Origin: Candidatus Parcubacteria bacterium | GTDB lineage: Bacteria; Patescibacteriota; Microgenomatia; UBA12405 | NCBI GenBank assembly: GCA_023396915.1 | Contig: JAEWUV010000003.1 | Location: 1-59,213 of the forward strand | DNA length: 59,213 nucleotides | Direction of reading: 5' to 3' | Shown here: positions 35,324 through 44,982 of the stretch, piece by piece | Position numbering within the stretch: the first letter of the stretch is position 1 | Layout of the letters: every line of letters starts with the position of its first letter | Made by a program: the position numbers and the translations under genes | Notes under the pieces: model-generated | Seen by the model: the letters and a program-made list of their open reading frames with translations, nothing else | What the model was told of the DNA's origin: nothing | The model's database searches: none

Positions 35324-36202
35324 ATGAAAAATGAGCTTGGGGAAAATGGTAAAAATAGGTCTAAAAGTAGTAAAAAATCTGGTTTGTCTGGTGTTAAATT
35401 TAGTGGAAATATATGTAATATATTTAATATTCCGCTTTTTGTCAGAGAAGAGAGTCAAGTGCTAAAAATTTTGAGTAAAAATTTGGATTTAGGCATAAAA
35501 AAATATTGGGTAGCAACAGTTAACCCGGAATTTATAATGATGGCTCAAAAAGATGAGGAATTTAAAAAAATTTTGTCGAAGACTCATTTAAATGTAATGG
35601 ATGGAATAGGGTTGGTGTGGGCACGTAAACTAGATGCTAGATGTAAGATGTTAGATGTTAGTTTTTTTAAAAAAATAATTATTGGCTTTAAAGTGGGGGT
35701 GGAGATTTTGCAGGGAAAATATAAATCTCAGGTGGCGTCGGGGGCAGATTTGATTTTGGAGTTGAGTAAAATGGTAAAAGAAAAAAATAAAAAGATTTTT
35801 TTGTTGGGGGGGTGGGACGATAGGGCAAAACAAACAGCAGGTTTTTTGAAAGAAAAATATGGGTTAAGAGATAATCAGATTAGTTGGTGTAAGGGAGAAC
35901 CAAAAGTGGAAAATACTCAGGTTATAAAAGAGATTAATAGATTTAAACCTGATGTTTTATTAGTGGCCTATGGAATGAAGAAACAAGAATTTTGGATTAG
36001 TGAGAATTTGTCTAAATTAAATGTCGGAATAGTGATCGGAGTTGGTAGAAGTTTTGATTATTATAGTGGTGAGCTTAAAAGGGCACCTGGTTGGCTTAGA
36101 AAGATAGGTATGGAGTGGTTTTATTCGTTGATAATGGAGCCGAGTAGATTCAAAAGGCAACTGGCACTGCCTAGGTTTGTGTGGAAGGTGTTAACGGACT
36201 AA
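35324..36202 (+). CDS. WecB/TagA/CpsF-family glycosyltransferase
   Basis: VATVNPEFIMMAQ, LNVMDGIGLVWA, IFLLGG, KQEFWI, GVGRSFDYYSGELKRAPGWLRKIGMEWFYSLIMEPSRFKRQ. It carries an extra segment encoded by heptamer repeats. Confidence 0.8.
   Translation: MKNELGENGKNRSKSSKKSGLSGVKFSGNICNIFNIPLFVREESQVLKILSKNLDLGIKKYWVATVNPEFIMMAQKDEEFKKILSKTHLNVMDGIGLVWARKLDARCKMLDVSFFKKIIIGFKVGVEILQGKYKSQVASGADLILELSKMVKEKNKKIFLLGGWDDRAKQTAGFLKEKYGLRDNQISWCKGEPKVENTQVIKEINRFKPDVLLVAYGMKKQEFWISENLSKLNVGIVIGVGRSFDYYSGELKRAPGWLRKIGMEWFYSLIMEPSRFKRQLALPRFVWKVLTD
35630..35661. repeat. Tandem heptanucleotide repeat (about 4.5 units) inside the TagA-like CDS
   Basis: ctagatg ctagatg taagatg ttagatg ttag, translated LDARCKMLDVS. 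Confidence 0.8.
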
Positions 36203-37041
36203 AATTCCCCTAAAAATTTGATTTCTGGTTCTAGTCCTATGTTAAGTTTTTCTAAGGCTAACGATTGGATGAATTTAATTAATTTAAAATAGTCGGTAGC
36301 AGTGGCATGACCTTTATTGATAATAAAGTTGGCATGAAGAGGACTAATTTGAGCATCACCGATAGAATAACCTTTGAGGTTTAACTTTTTATCAATAATT
36401 ACGCCTGATGGATCTTGGTTTGGTATATTCTTAAAGACTGAACCCAATGAATTCATTGATTGAGCACTAGTTTTTCTTTGAATTATGTTTTGAAATTTTT
36501 GTCTGGCTAGGGTAGCATCGCCTAAATTTAACTGAAGTACGGCAGAAATTATAAAATCATTGATTTTTTCGATAGAAACTAAAAGAGTAGAAAATAAAGT
36601 TTTGTCGTCACCATGAATATCGCCAGCAATAGCTCCTCCAATAGTAGAGGGGATGTAGGCGAATTCTTCAAGGCCGACTAAATTATTATCCAAAGTAAAA
36701 TTTATGAGTTGAGAAAGTTGGGTGCCAGAATCAACTTTTATTTGATTGTTAGGTAAAAGTTCTATATTGTGGGCATCATTTTTGATAACGATACCACGAA
36801 TACCAGAGTCGGAAATTAAAACATTAGAACCATTACCTAAGATAGTTGGAAAGATGTTAGATGTTAGATGACAGGTAAAATTAAGGACATTTTTGAATTC
36901 TTCTGAAGATTTAGTGTGAATAAATATATCAGCGGGGCCGCCGATTTTGACAGTGGTATAGGGGGCAAGGGGATGGTTTTGATAAATTTCTAGGTTAGGA
37001 AATTTGGATTTAAGATCAGAATAGACTTTTTGGATGTCCAT
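36199..37041 (-). CDS. murB: UDP-N-acetylenolpyruvoylglucosamine reductase
   Basis: YTTVKIGGPADIF, LGNGSNVLISD, AGDIHGD, GSVFKNI, ANFIINKG. Confidence 0.9.
   Translation of the reverse strand: MDIQKVYSDLKSKFPNLEIYQNHPLAPYTTVKIGGPADIFIHTKSSEEFKNVLNFTCHLTSNIFPTILGNGSNVLISDSGIRGIVIKNDAHNIELLPNNQIKVDSGTQLSQLINFTLDNNLVGLEEFAYIPSTIGGAIAGDIHGDDKTLFSTLLVSIEKINDFIISAVLQLNLGDATLARQKFQNIIQRKTSAQSMNSLGSVFKNIPNQDPSGVIIDKKLNLKGYSIGDAQISPLHANFIINKGHATATDYFKLIKFIQSLALEKLNIGLEPEIKFLGEF
36851..36871. repeat. Tandem heptanucleotide repeat (3 units) inside murB, antisense to the gene
   Basis: aagatgt tagatgt tagatga. Same unit and same plus-strand orientation as 35630-35661. 21 nt = 7 codons (CHLTSNI). Confidence 0.75.
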
Positions 37042-37081
37042 AGAAGGATTATAACGTAAATTGATAATTATAAAATTCTCA

Positions 37082-37140
37082 TCATGAATTTTTTGCCTCA
37101 GTCAAAAAGGCGGGTGTTGAAATTCGTCAAAAAATTACGA
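37082..37140. repeat. Family-Q repeat, short diverged copy
   Basis: tcatgaattttttgcctcagtcaaaaaggcgggtgttgaaattcgtcaaaaaattacga. The arms are inverted and the core aligns with 18607-18665 and the right part of 7861-7940. Confidence 0.55.
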
Positions 37141-37314
37141 TTTCGACTTTTATTTTATCAATTTTAAAGCTAGAGAGTATCTTATAAAATAAATCTTTTG
37201 AGATAGTAAAAAAATATGGGTTGGTGGTGTGGAAAAGTGGAGAAAATGGGGAATATCTTATAATAGGGTTTAAAACTTGTATTTTCCTAAAATTAGGGAA
37301 TATAATACGAAATA

Positions 37315-37947
37315 ATGGCACGATTGAGAGAGAGAATAGTTGAAGGGAGGAGTTATGTTTGCCCAACTCCAAAATTTATAGATAAAAAGTTGTTTGATTT
37401 ATCACAACAAATTATCAATTCAGGAATCAAAGTTGATTTAATAATAGCTATTGCAAGAGGTGGTTGGGCTTTGGCACCAACATTAGCAAATGATTTTGGG
37501 ATTAAACCAATAAATTCATTAGAATATATAGCTTATAAAGGAACTGACTTTACTGGAGTAAAATTAATTACTGATTTGTCGGAGACTACTAAAGAGGAGA
37601 TTGAAGGGAAGAATGTTTTAATCCTTGAAGATATAGTTGATTCTGGAAATACTGTACAGCGTGCGGCGGAGTATATAGAAAGTTTTAAGCCTAATGAATT
37701 AAAATCAGCAGTTCTTTTTTGGAATGATAAAAAATCGGTTGTTATACCAGATTTTTATGCCTCAAGAACTAAATCTTGGGTAGTATTTCCACATGAACAG
37801 GGGGGTTTCATCCGTGAATCTTATAAAAAATGGTCGAATGAAGGTAAGGATGAAAGAGGCATAAGAAGAAATCTTAGAAAAGTTGGATTAAAACGCCGAA
37901 AAATAAACTTTTTTATGACTAATAGATTGGGTGAGCCAATCATTTGA
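37315..37947 (+). CDS. Purine phosphoribosyltransferase (Hpt/Xpt-like)
   Basis: PRPP-binding loop VLILEDIVDSGNT, IIAIARGGWALAPTLA. Confidence 0.7.
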   Translation: MARLRERIVEGRSYVCPTPKFIDKKLFDLSQQIINSGIKVDLIIAIARGGWALAPTLANDFGIKPINSLEYIAYKGTDFTGVKLITDLSETTKEEIEGKNVLILEDIVDSGNTVQRAAEYIESFKPNELKSAVLFWNDKKSVVIPDFYASRTKSWVVFPHEQGGFIRESYKKWSNEGKDERGIRRNLRKVGLKRRKINFFMTNRLGEPII

Positions 37948-37984
37948 GGATTTAATTGAAGGCTTTCGTGGTAAGATTTTTTAG

Positions 37985-38608
37985 ATGGATAGAAAATGGG
38001 TGATTATTTTTTTGGTAGTATTTGGGATAAATTTGGGGGTAATTGATTATTTTGTTTTTTTTGGAGGAAATTTAAAGAATCCTGATAGTAAGGTAGCGGA
38101 GAAAACTGTAATTAATAATCAGGATATTGATGATTTAAAAAGTAGAGTTAGTGAAATCGAAAATCAAGAAAAAAAGGTGGAAGAGGTTACAGTGACACCA
38201 ACTGGGGTTAAAGTATTAACTAAAACTGTGAGTAAAAGTAAACATATGAGTTATGTAAATATTAGTGGTGGTTTTGGTCAAGTGGCTTATGATTGGACAG
38301 ACGTACCGGCATCAGAGTTTTATTTTAATAAGGCTGATTATGAAGGTTTGACGGAAGTTAATTTTGAGTCAAATATGAAATTATTAAATGGCAATGGAAT
38401 GGCTTATGTACGACTTTTTGATGTAACCCATGGAGTAGCAGTAACCGGAAGTCAGGTAGAGACGGGCAATCAAAGTAATACAGTGGTAACATCAACAGCA
38501 CTTAATTTTATGGATGGGAAAAATTTGATTAGGGTTCAGATAAAAAGTTTGACAGCGGATACAACAGTTTTTAATTCGGGGCGATTAGTGGTTGAGTCAG
38601 AATACTAA
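37985..38608 (+). CDS. TM-anchored hypothetical protein
   Basis: 207-aa ORF with an N-terminal TM helix. Its stop overlaps the ruvC start (TAATG). Confidence 0.5.
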   Translation: MDRKWVIIFLVVFGINLGVIDYFVFFGGNLKNPDSKVAEKTVINNQDIDDLKSRVSEIENQEKKVEEVTVTPTGVKVLTKTVSKSKHMSYVNISGGFGQVAYDWTDVPASEFYFNKADYEGLTEVNFESNMKLLNGNGMAYVRLFDVTHGVAVTGSQVETGNQSNTVVTSTALNFMDGKNLIRVQIKSLTADTTVFNSGRLVVESEY

Positions 38609-39111
38609 TGATTTTAGGGATTGATCCGGGGTTAGCAAATACGGGTTGGGCCATTTTGAAAGACCCGACGAAAGCTTCGCATTCAGACGGGCAGGTGAGT
38701 GAATATGAGTTGGTGGAGTGTGGTTGTTTGCGGACAAAAATTAGCGACGGGTCGGCTAAAAGGCTTGAGAAAATTTATAGTGAATTGGAGAGGTTAATAA
38801 AAAAATATAAAGTAACAGCGTTAGCTTTTGAAAGTTTATTTTTTGCCAAAAATGCTAAATCGGCTTTAAAGGTGTCCGAGGCAATTGGAGTAATAAAAAT
38901 TTGTGGAGAAAAGAATAAAGTGGAAGTGGTGGAATTTACTCCATTACAAGTAAAAATGGCCTTGGTAGGATATGGTCGGGCCGAAAAAGAACAAGTGGAA
39001 GAAATGGTCAGAACTTTTTTGGGGTTGAAAGAAAATATTTCACCGTCTCATGCATCGGATGCAGTGGCGGTTGCCCTGACTTATTTGTTTACCAATCGGG
39101 ATTTGATATAG
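38608..39111 (+). CDS. ruvC: Holliday junction resolvase RuvC
   Basis: ILGIDPGLANTGWAI, AFESLFFAKNAKSALKVSEAIG, ASDAVAVAL. Confidence 0.9.
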   Translation: MILGIDPGLANTGWAILKDPTKASHSDGQVSEYELVECGCLRTKISDGSAKRLEKIYSELERLIKKYKVTALAFESLFFAKNAKSALKVSEAIGVIKICGEKNKVEVVEFTPLQVKMALVGYGRAEKEQVEEMVRTFLGLKENISPSHASDAVAVALTYLFTNRDLI

Positions 39112-39167
39112 TTTAAATAGGGTTGGATGGGGTGATAGTTTCGGGTTTTGTAGGGTATAATATTTTT

Positions 39168-39737
39168 ATGATTTCGAGTTTGAGAGGAGAGATTTCAAAA
39201 ATTGGAAATAATTTTGTAGAGATTGAAGTGGGCGGGGTTGGATATTTGGTTTGGTGTGGTTTGAATTTTTTAAAGAAAAGAATTGTTGGTGAAGAGATGA
39301 AGATTTATACTTATCAGGCGGTGTCGGAAAATGATATTAGTTTGTTTGGTTTTGAAAGTGACGATGAGGTAGGTTTATTTAAAATGTTGATCTCGGTATC
39401 GGGGGTTGGTCCTAAAAGTGGGGCTTCGATAATGGGACAAGTGAGTAGTGAGGAAATTATAAAAGCAATTGGAAATGCTGATGTAAAATTTTTTGAAAAA
39501 ATAAAAGGGATTGGTAAAAAAACAGCTCAGCGAATTATTGTGGATTTAAAATCAAAAATTGGCGGTTTAGGGGAATTGGATTTGAGCAAGGAAGAAAAGA
39601 TAGTTGATGATGAATTGATAATGAGTTTAAAACAACTTGGTTTTGATAAAAAGGAAATTGATAAAGTGGTGTCAAAATTACCGGCTAATTTAGAAACTAC
39701 AGAAGAAAAATTAAGTTGGTGTTTGAGTAATTTATAA
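39168..39737 (+). CDS. ruvA: Holliday junction helicase subunit RuvA
   Basis: MISSLRGEI...VEIEVGGVGY, LFGFESDDEVGLFKMLISVSGVGPKSG, IKGIGKKTAQRIIVDLK. ATG 39168 is preferred over the track start at 39123. Confidence 0.9.
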   Translation: MISSLRGEISKIGNNFVEIEVGGVGYLVWCGLNFLKKRIVGEEMKIYTYQAVSENDISLFGFESDDEVGLFKMLISVSGVGPKSGASIMGQVSSEEIIKAIGNADVKFFEKIKGIGKKTAQRIIVDLKSKIGGLGELDLSKEEKIVDDELIMSLKQLGFDKKEIDKVVSKLPANLETTEEKLSWCLSNL

Positions 39738-39739
39738 AG

Positions 39740-40711
39740 ATGAAAAAAAATAAAGAAGATAAAGCATTAAATCCGACAGCTGAAGTGGAAGAAAAAGTGG
39801 TGGAGAAGAAATTAAGACCTCAGAGATTAGCAGAGTTTATTGGTCAAGAGAAATTAAAAAAACAATTGGAAATTTTTTTGAAAGCAGCTATATCGCGAGG
39901 AGAGGCTTTGGATCATATTTTGTTTTATGGTCCAGCTGGTTTAGGAAAGACAACTTTGGCCTGTTTAATGGCTCGAGAGATGGCTAGTAATATCAAAATG
40001 ACATCTGGTCCGGCATTGACGCGAGCAGGGGATTTGGCATCGATTTTGACGGGTTTAAAAAAAGGAGATTTTTTATTTATTGATGAGATTCATAGATTAA
40101 ATAAGAATGTAGAAGAAATGCTTTACAGTGCCATGGAAGATTTTGCACTGGACATTGTTTTGGGTAAAGGACCTTCGGCAAAGACGGTGAGGCTTAACTT
40201 ACAGAAATTTACTTTGGTAGGGGCGACAACAAGAATTGGATTAATTTCTGGGCCAATGAGAGATAGATTTGGTTATGTGCAGCAATTAGATTTTTATGAG
40301 GATACTGATTTGGCAGAAATTGTAGAAAGAACTGCTGAAGTTTTGAAAGTAAAAATTGAGCCAGAAGCGGCCAAATCGATTGCCAAGCGATCACGAGGGA
40401 CGCCGAGAATTGCCAATAGACTTTTGCGACGAGTCCGTGATTATGCTGAAGTAAAAAATGATGGCTTGATAACTTTGACAGAAGTAGATGAAGCATTGAA
40501 AATGTTGGGGGTGGATGATTTAGGTTTGTCTGATGCAGATAGGAAGTATTTAGAGGTGGTCAAAAAACAGTATGGTGGAGGTCCGGTGGGGGTGGAAAAT
40601 ATTGCGGCAAGTCTTTCTGAAGATGTGGGGACAATAACTGAAGTCTATGAACCGTTTTTGATGAAAAAGGGATTAGTAAAACGGACGCCAAAGGGAAGAG
40701 TGAGTTTATAA
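39740..40711 (+). CDS. ruvB: Holliday junction helicase RuvB
   Basis: LRPQRLAEFIGQEK, Walker A GPAGLGKTT, Walker B FIDEIHRL, GTPRIANRLLRRVRD. Confidence 0.95.
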   Translation: MKKNKEDKALNPTAEVEEKVVEKKLRPQRLAEFIGQEKLKKQLEIFLKAAISRGEALDHILFYGPAGLGKTTLACLMAREMASNIKMTSGPALTRAGDLASILTGLKKGDFLFIDEIHRLNKNVEEMLYSAMEDFALDIVLGKGPSAKTVRLNLQKFTLVGATTRIGLISGPMRDRFGYVQQLDFYEDTDLAEIVERTAEVLKVKIEPEAAKSIAKRSRGTPRIANRLLRRVRDYAEVKNDGLITLTEVDEALKMLGVDDLGLSDADRKYLEVVKKQYGGGPVGVENIAASLSEDVGTITEVYEPFLMKKGLVKRTPKGRVSL

Positions 40712-40719
40712 AAGAGATA

Positions 40720-41325
40720 TTGATAAATGGCTTATTGGGGCATATATTATGGCTGATGGAGAGAATCAGAGAATCTATACAATTGCGACAAGAATCAGCA
40801 CTTAGGCGTAAGAATGTTCGTATTTTAAATAGAATTGACCGAAAAACTAATAATGGAGAAAAATTGTCTCGGAGGGAATTAATTTTTCTTTATGATTTAG
40901 ACAATAGAAGTGAAATATTAGAGGAAAAAGATAAGATAAGGAGGAGAAAAATTGCTCTAAGGGAAAATGCGATACTTTTTTTGAATAAATTAAGGGAAGG
41001 TGAACGGGAAGATGCAATTGATTTTGTGAATATGGTTTATCTAAGAAGTAAAGGTCATAAAAAAATAGAAAAACAGTCTGATTTGTTTGAAGATCCGATT
41101 TATATTAGGATTCATCAAATGGTTGTAAATTTAGGATTGGAACATTTTTTTGATGAATCCTTTAAAACAGCTGCTTTTTGTCATAATGAAGATTTAAGTA
41201 GTGGTGAAGCGGACGATTTTTTAGAGGATGTTTTAAAGGAAAACAACATTAGGGCAGATTTGGATATTGTTATGTTTCAAATAGATGGCACAATGGAAAT
41301 AATACCCAGAGAGAATATTGTGTGA
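40720..41325 (+). CDS. Hypothetical protein
   Basis: 201-aa ORF (TTG start; alternative ATG at 40756). No family recognised. Confidence 0.4.
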   Translation: MINGLLGHILWLMERIRESIQLRQESALRRKNVRILNRIDRKTNNGEKLSRRELIFLYDLDNRSEILEEKDKIRRRKIALRENAILFLNKLREGEREDAIDFVNMVYLRSKGHKKIEKQSDLFEDPIYIRIHQMVVNLGLEHFFDESFKTAAFCHNEDLSSGEADDFLEDVLKENNIRADLDIVMFQIDGTMEIIPRENIV

Positions 41326-41351
41326 GTTAGGCAGAAAGGGCAGGATTTTAA

Positions 41352-41606
41352 CTATTCGGATTGGATACCCAATAGCCAGAGAACGGCTTCTTTGCGATAG
41401 CGGCGATCACCACGGGCGTTGATACGAATAGCTGGGAGTTTACCTCTTTTACCCCAACGTTTGATGGTGAGTTTGCTGACACGAAGAAGATCGGCGACTT
41501 CGGCAACGGTCAAAAGATCAGGTAAGTTGTCGATGGAAACGCCATTGATTTTTTTTGGGGATGGTTGTTTCACAAGGTTATCTTGTGATTCAGTTTGCAT
41601 ATCCAT
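41352..41606 (-). CDS. Excisionase/MerR-type helix-turn-helix DNA-binding protein
   Basis: LLTVAEVADLLRVSKLTIKRWGKRGKLPAIRINARGDRRYRKE. Confidence 0.7.
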   Translation of the reverse strand: MDMQTESQDNLVKQPSPKKINGVSIDNLPDLLTVAEVADLLRVSKLTIKRWGKRGKLPAIRINARGDRRYRKEAVLWLLGIQSE

Positions 41607-41750
41607 TTGGTGGCTCCTCTTGTATCAAAATAATGTTTAACTGTCTTCAGTTAATCACATTGGATATAAGTGTGTCAAGAAGAGAAAAAGTGAAATTTAA
41701 AAAATGGTGGAACTTTTTTGAAAAAGGAAATTTTTATGACATAATGGTTT

Positions 41751-42758
41751 ATGGTTAAAGACAAGAAAGAATATAAAATTGCGTTTTTTGGGGTTAAGAG
41801 TTGGGAGAAAGAAATAATTGAAAAAGAAATTTCTGATTTGGATAGTTTTGGAGTGGGAATTTTTGAGGATGAAGTTCAAGATAATTTGGAATTAGCGGCC
41901 AAATATAACATTCTTTCAGTTTTTATTTATTCAACTTTGACTAAAGAGGTTTTAAAGAAATTGCCAAATTTAAAAATGGTAACAACTAGGTCAACTGGGG
42001 TGGATCATATTGATTGTGAGTATTGTAAAAAAAATAAGATAGCAGTGGGGAGTGTCCCTGATTATGGTTCTAACACGGTAGCAGAGTTTGCTTTTGCTTT
42101 ACTCTTGGCGATTACTAGAAAAATTGTAGTGGCTCATCAGTCGGTAGAGGATGGAGAATTTAACCCGGAGGGGTTAACTGGAGTGGACTTACATGGAAAA
42201 ACATTAGGAGTAATTGGTTGTGGAAAAATAGGGCAAAATGTGATCAAAATTGCTAGAGGCTTTGGAATGAAAGTTTTGGGAGTTGATGGATATAAGAATC
42301 CTGAGTTAGAAAAAAAATCTGGTTTTAACTATGTGAATTTGGAAACATGCTTAAAAGAGTCAGATTTTGTGACTTTACATGTGCCATCGATTCCGGAAAC
42401 TTTTCATTTGATTAATAAGAAGAATATTAAATTGATGAAGCCAGGAAGTTTTTTGGTAAATACAGCCAGAGGGGCGGTGGTAGAGACCGAAGCACTTTTG
42501 TGGGGATTGAATAATAAGGTGTTGGCCGGGGTTGGTTTGGATACGACAGAAGATGAGGCACAGTTGGAAAGTATGAGTACTGTCATGAGTCGGGAAATGA
42601 CCAAAGATGATTTACAAGAAATATTAAGCTTCCATTTATTGCGGGATAGGGACGATGTGGTGTTTACTCCTCACAATGCTTTTAATTCAAAAGAGGCGAT
42701 TGGAAGAATTGTAAAAACAACAATAGATAATATTAGAGAGTTTATGTCTAAAAATTGA
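41751..42758 (+). CDS. D-isomer-specific 2-hydroxyacid dehydrogenase
   Basis: NAD fold GVIGCGKIGQNVIKIARGFGMKVLG, NTARG, catalytic region FTPHNAF. Confidence 0.8.
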   Translation: MVKDKKEYKIAFFGVKSWEKEIIEKEISDLDSFGVGIFEDEVQDNLELAAKYNILSVFIYSTLTKEVLKKLPNLKMVTTRSTGVDHIDCEYCKKNKIAVGSVPDYGSNTVAEFAFALLLAITRKIVVAHQSVEDGEFNPEGLTGVDLHGKTLGVIGCGKIGQNVIKIARGFGMKVLGVDGYKNPELEKKSGFNYVNLETCLKESDFVTLHVPSIPETFHLINKKNIKLMKPGSFLVNTARGAVVETEALLWGLNNKVLAGVGLDTTEDEAQLESMSTVMSREMTKDDLQEILSFHLLRDRDDVVFTPHNAFNSKEAIGRIVKTTIDNIREFMSKN

Positions 42759-42770
42759 TACAATAGCTTT

Positions 42771-43826
42771 ATGAAAGCAGTCATAATTTGTGGGGGAGTT
42801 GGTGCTAAAATGTGGCCGATGAGCCGGAATTCGTTGCCAAAACATTTTTTGCCATTAATAAATGGTAAATCCTTGTTCGAGTTGAATTACGAGGTTTTAA
42901 GAAAGAAATTTGAAGCAAGTGAGATTTTTTTGCAGACTAATGAGACTCAAGCGGAAATTGCCAAAAAACTGAAACCAGAAGTTCCTGATGAAAATGTTTT
43001 TGTAGAACCAGAAATGAGGAATCAAGGTCCAGCAACTGGATTTGCGGCAGCACAACTGATTAAAAGAGGTTTTGGTGATGAGCCATTTATTTTAGTTCAG
43101 GCTGATGTACTGCGGGAACCGAATGAAAATTTTTTACAGATGATTGATGAAGCGGGGAAGCTGGCTTTGGAGACAGGCAAATACTTAACTGGTGGTTTTG
43201 TCCCAAACATAGTGATAGCAGGAGTGGATTATTTAGTAAAAGGAAATTTGGTTACTGAAGAAAATGGAGTAAAAATTTATGAAGTAGCGGATTATATTGA
43301 TAGAACAGAAGAAGAGAAGATTAATCAGTATTTAGGAACAGATAAACTTTTGCTTCATGCTAATCATACGACGATGACACCGAGTAAATTGTTAGAGATG
43401 TATAAAAAATATAAGTCGGAATGGTATCAACCATTAGTAAATATTTCACAAGGTGAAGATGTGGTAAAAAATTATGCTGATATGCCAAAAGGAGCAATAG
43501 AGGAAGTTACCAAGGTGGTTTATAAAAATAACGAAGCATTAGTGGTAGAATTGCCCTTTAATTGGGTAGATTTTGGGACTTGGGAATCGGTGGCAAATTA
43601 TATGGAAAGTAAAGATATGGATGATAAAAATGATTTAATCCAAGTTGATGCCGATAGAAACTTTGTTTATAGAAAAGATAAAAAAATGGTAGCGTTGATT
43701 GGGGTGGAGGATTTGGTGGTGGTAGATACCGGCGATGCTTTGTTGATATCGAGAAAAGAAGACTCAGGGAAAGTGGGGCAGGTGGTAGATAAACTGAAGG
43801 AAGAAGGGAAGGAAGAGTTGGTATAA
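42771..43826 (+). CDS. Sugar-phosphate nucleotidyltransferase (mannose-1-phosphate guanylyltransferase-like)
   Basis: KAVIICGGVGAKMWPMSR, LPKHFLPL, VQADVL. Confidence 0.7.
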   Translation: MKAVIICGGVGAKMWPMSRNSLPKHFLPLINGKSLFELNYEVLRKKFEASEIFLQTNETQAEIAKKLKPEVPDENVFVEPEMRNQGPATGFAAAQLIKRGFGDEPFILVQADVLREPNENFLQMIDEAGKLALETGKYLTGGFVPNIVIAGVDYLVKGNLVTEENGVKIYEVADYIDRTEEEKINQYLGTDKLLLHANHTTMTPSKLLEMYKKYKSEWYQPLVNISQGEDVVKNYADMPKGAIEEVTKVVYKNNEALVVELPFNWVDFGTWESVANYMESKDMDDKNDLIQVDADRNFVYRKDKKMVALIGVEDLVVVDTGDALLISRKEDSGKVGQVVDKLKEEGKEELV

Positions 43827-43829
43827 ATT

Positions 43830-44219
43830 ATGAAAGATAATAAATTAGTTGTAAAAATTTTAAAGCCCTCTGAGTTAGTTTTTGCTTATTATACAAATCC
43901 TAAAAATACTTCTCTTTGGTGGGATGCTGTGATAATTGAAGAAACGAGTGATTGGCCAATTAAAATTGGTACAAAATATAGAAGTCAAAGTAGAGAGACT
44001 AAAAATTGGAATGAATATACAGTGACAGATTTAAAAGAAAATGAAGTTTTTGAACTTACCTCAAAAGATGGAAATTATCATGTTCGTTATACTCATAAAC
44101 CAATAAATGATAATTCTATGGAACTTGAATATTATGAGTGGGTAGATAAAGGGGAATTAGAGGAGCCTTTTACTATGGATATTTTAGATTTATTGAAAAC
44201 TGCGATAGAAAAACTTTAA
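43830..44219 (+). CDS. SRPBCC-superfamily small protein
   Basis: 129 aa. The pattern LKPSELVFAYYTNPKNTSLWW... resembles polyketide-cyclase/AHSA1-like proteins (by eye). Confidence 0.4.
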   Translation: MKDNKLVVKILKPSELVFAYYTNPKNTSLWWDAVIIEETSDWPIKIGTKYRSQSRETKNWNEYTVTDLKENEVFELTSKDGNYHVRYTHKPINDNSMELEYYEWVDKGELEEPFTMDILDLLKTAIEKL

Positions 44220-44244
44220 ATATTTTTATTGATATACTATTGTC

Positions 44245-44982
44245 ATGAAGTTTAAAAACAAAGTTGTTTTGGTTACGGGTTCGAGTAGGGGGGTTGGTCG
44301 AGCAACTGCTTTGGAATTTGCTAAAGAAGGGGCAGTAGTTGTTGTTAACTATAACAATGATGAAAATGGTGCGAATTTGGTGGTTGATGAGATTATTAAA
44401 ATTGGGTCTAAATCGGTGGCGATTAAATGTGATGTTTCTAACGAAGAACAGGTTAAAAGTATGATTGAAAAAATAATATCTAAGTTTGGGAAATTGGATA
44501 TTTTGGTAAATAACGCGGCTATAGTATTTGATGTTCCAATGTTTGAAAAAACAATTGATCAATGGCAAAAGACAATGGCTGTAAATTTAATTGGTCCATT
44601 TTTGTGTGCTAAATACGGTTCTAAGTATTTATTGGAATCTAAAGGGAATATTGTAAATGTTTGTTCAACAAGCGGGTATAATAGTTTTTCTCCAGATTCG
44701 GCTGATTATGATGCTTCAAAGGTGAGTTTAATGTCGTTAACGAAAAATCTTGCTAAAGAATTGGCTCCGATTATTCGGGTAAATGGGGTAGCTCCGGGAT
44801 GGATAGATACCGATATGAATAAAGATTTACCTAAAGATTACTTGGAAGATGAGATAAGTAAAACTTCAATAGGTAGAATGGCTAGACCGGATGAAATTGC
44901 TAAAACTATTTTATTTTTGGCATCAGATGATGCTAGTTACCTGACTGGTTCGATTGTTTTTGTTGATGGTGGAACGATATAA
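44245..44982 (+). CDS. Short-chain dehydrogenase/reductase (FabG-like)
   Basis: VVLVTGSSRGVGRA, NNAA, catalytic S...YDASK, PGWIDT. Confidence 0.85.
   Translation: MKFKNKVVLVTGSSRGVGRATALEFAKEGAVVVVNYNNDENGANLVVDEIIKIGSKSVAIKCDVSNEEQVKSMIEKIISKFGKLDILVNNAAIVFDVPMFEKTIDQWQKTMAVNLIGPFLCAKYGSKYLLESKGNIVNVCSTSGYNSFSPDSADYDASKVSLMSLTKNLAKELAPIIRVNGVAPGWIDTDMNKDLPKDYLEDEISKTSIGRMARPDEIAKTILFLASDDASYLTGSIVFVDGGTI

Noticed and set aside
41419-41879. Small ORFs 41419-41640, 41555-41758 and 41697-41879
   Set aside because: They overlap the excisionase-type HTH gene or the start of the dehydrogenase, in other frames or on the other strand, and have no motifs.
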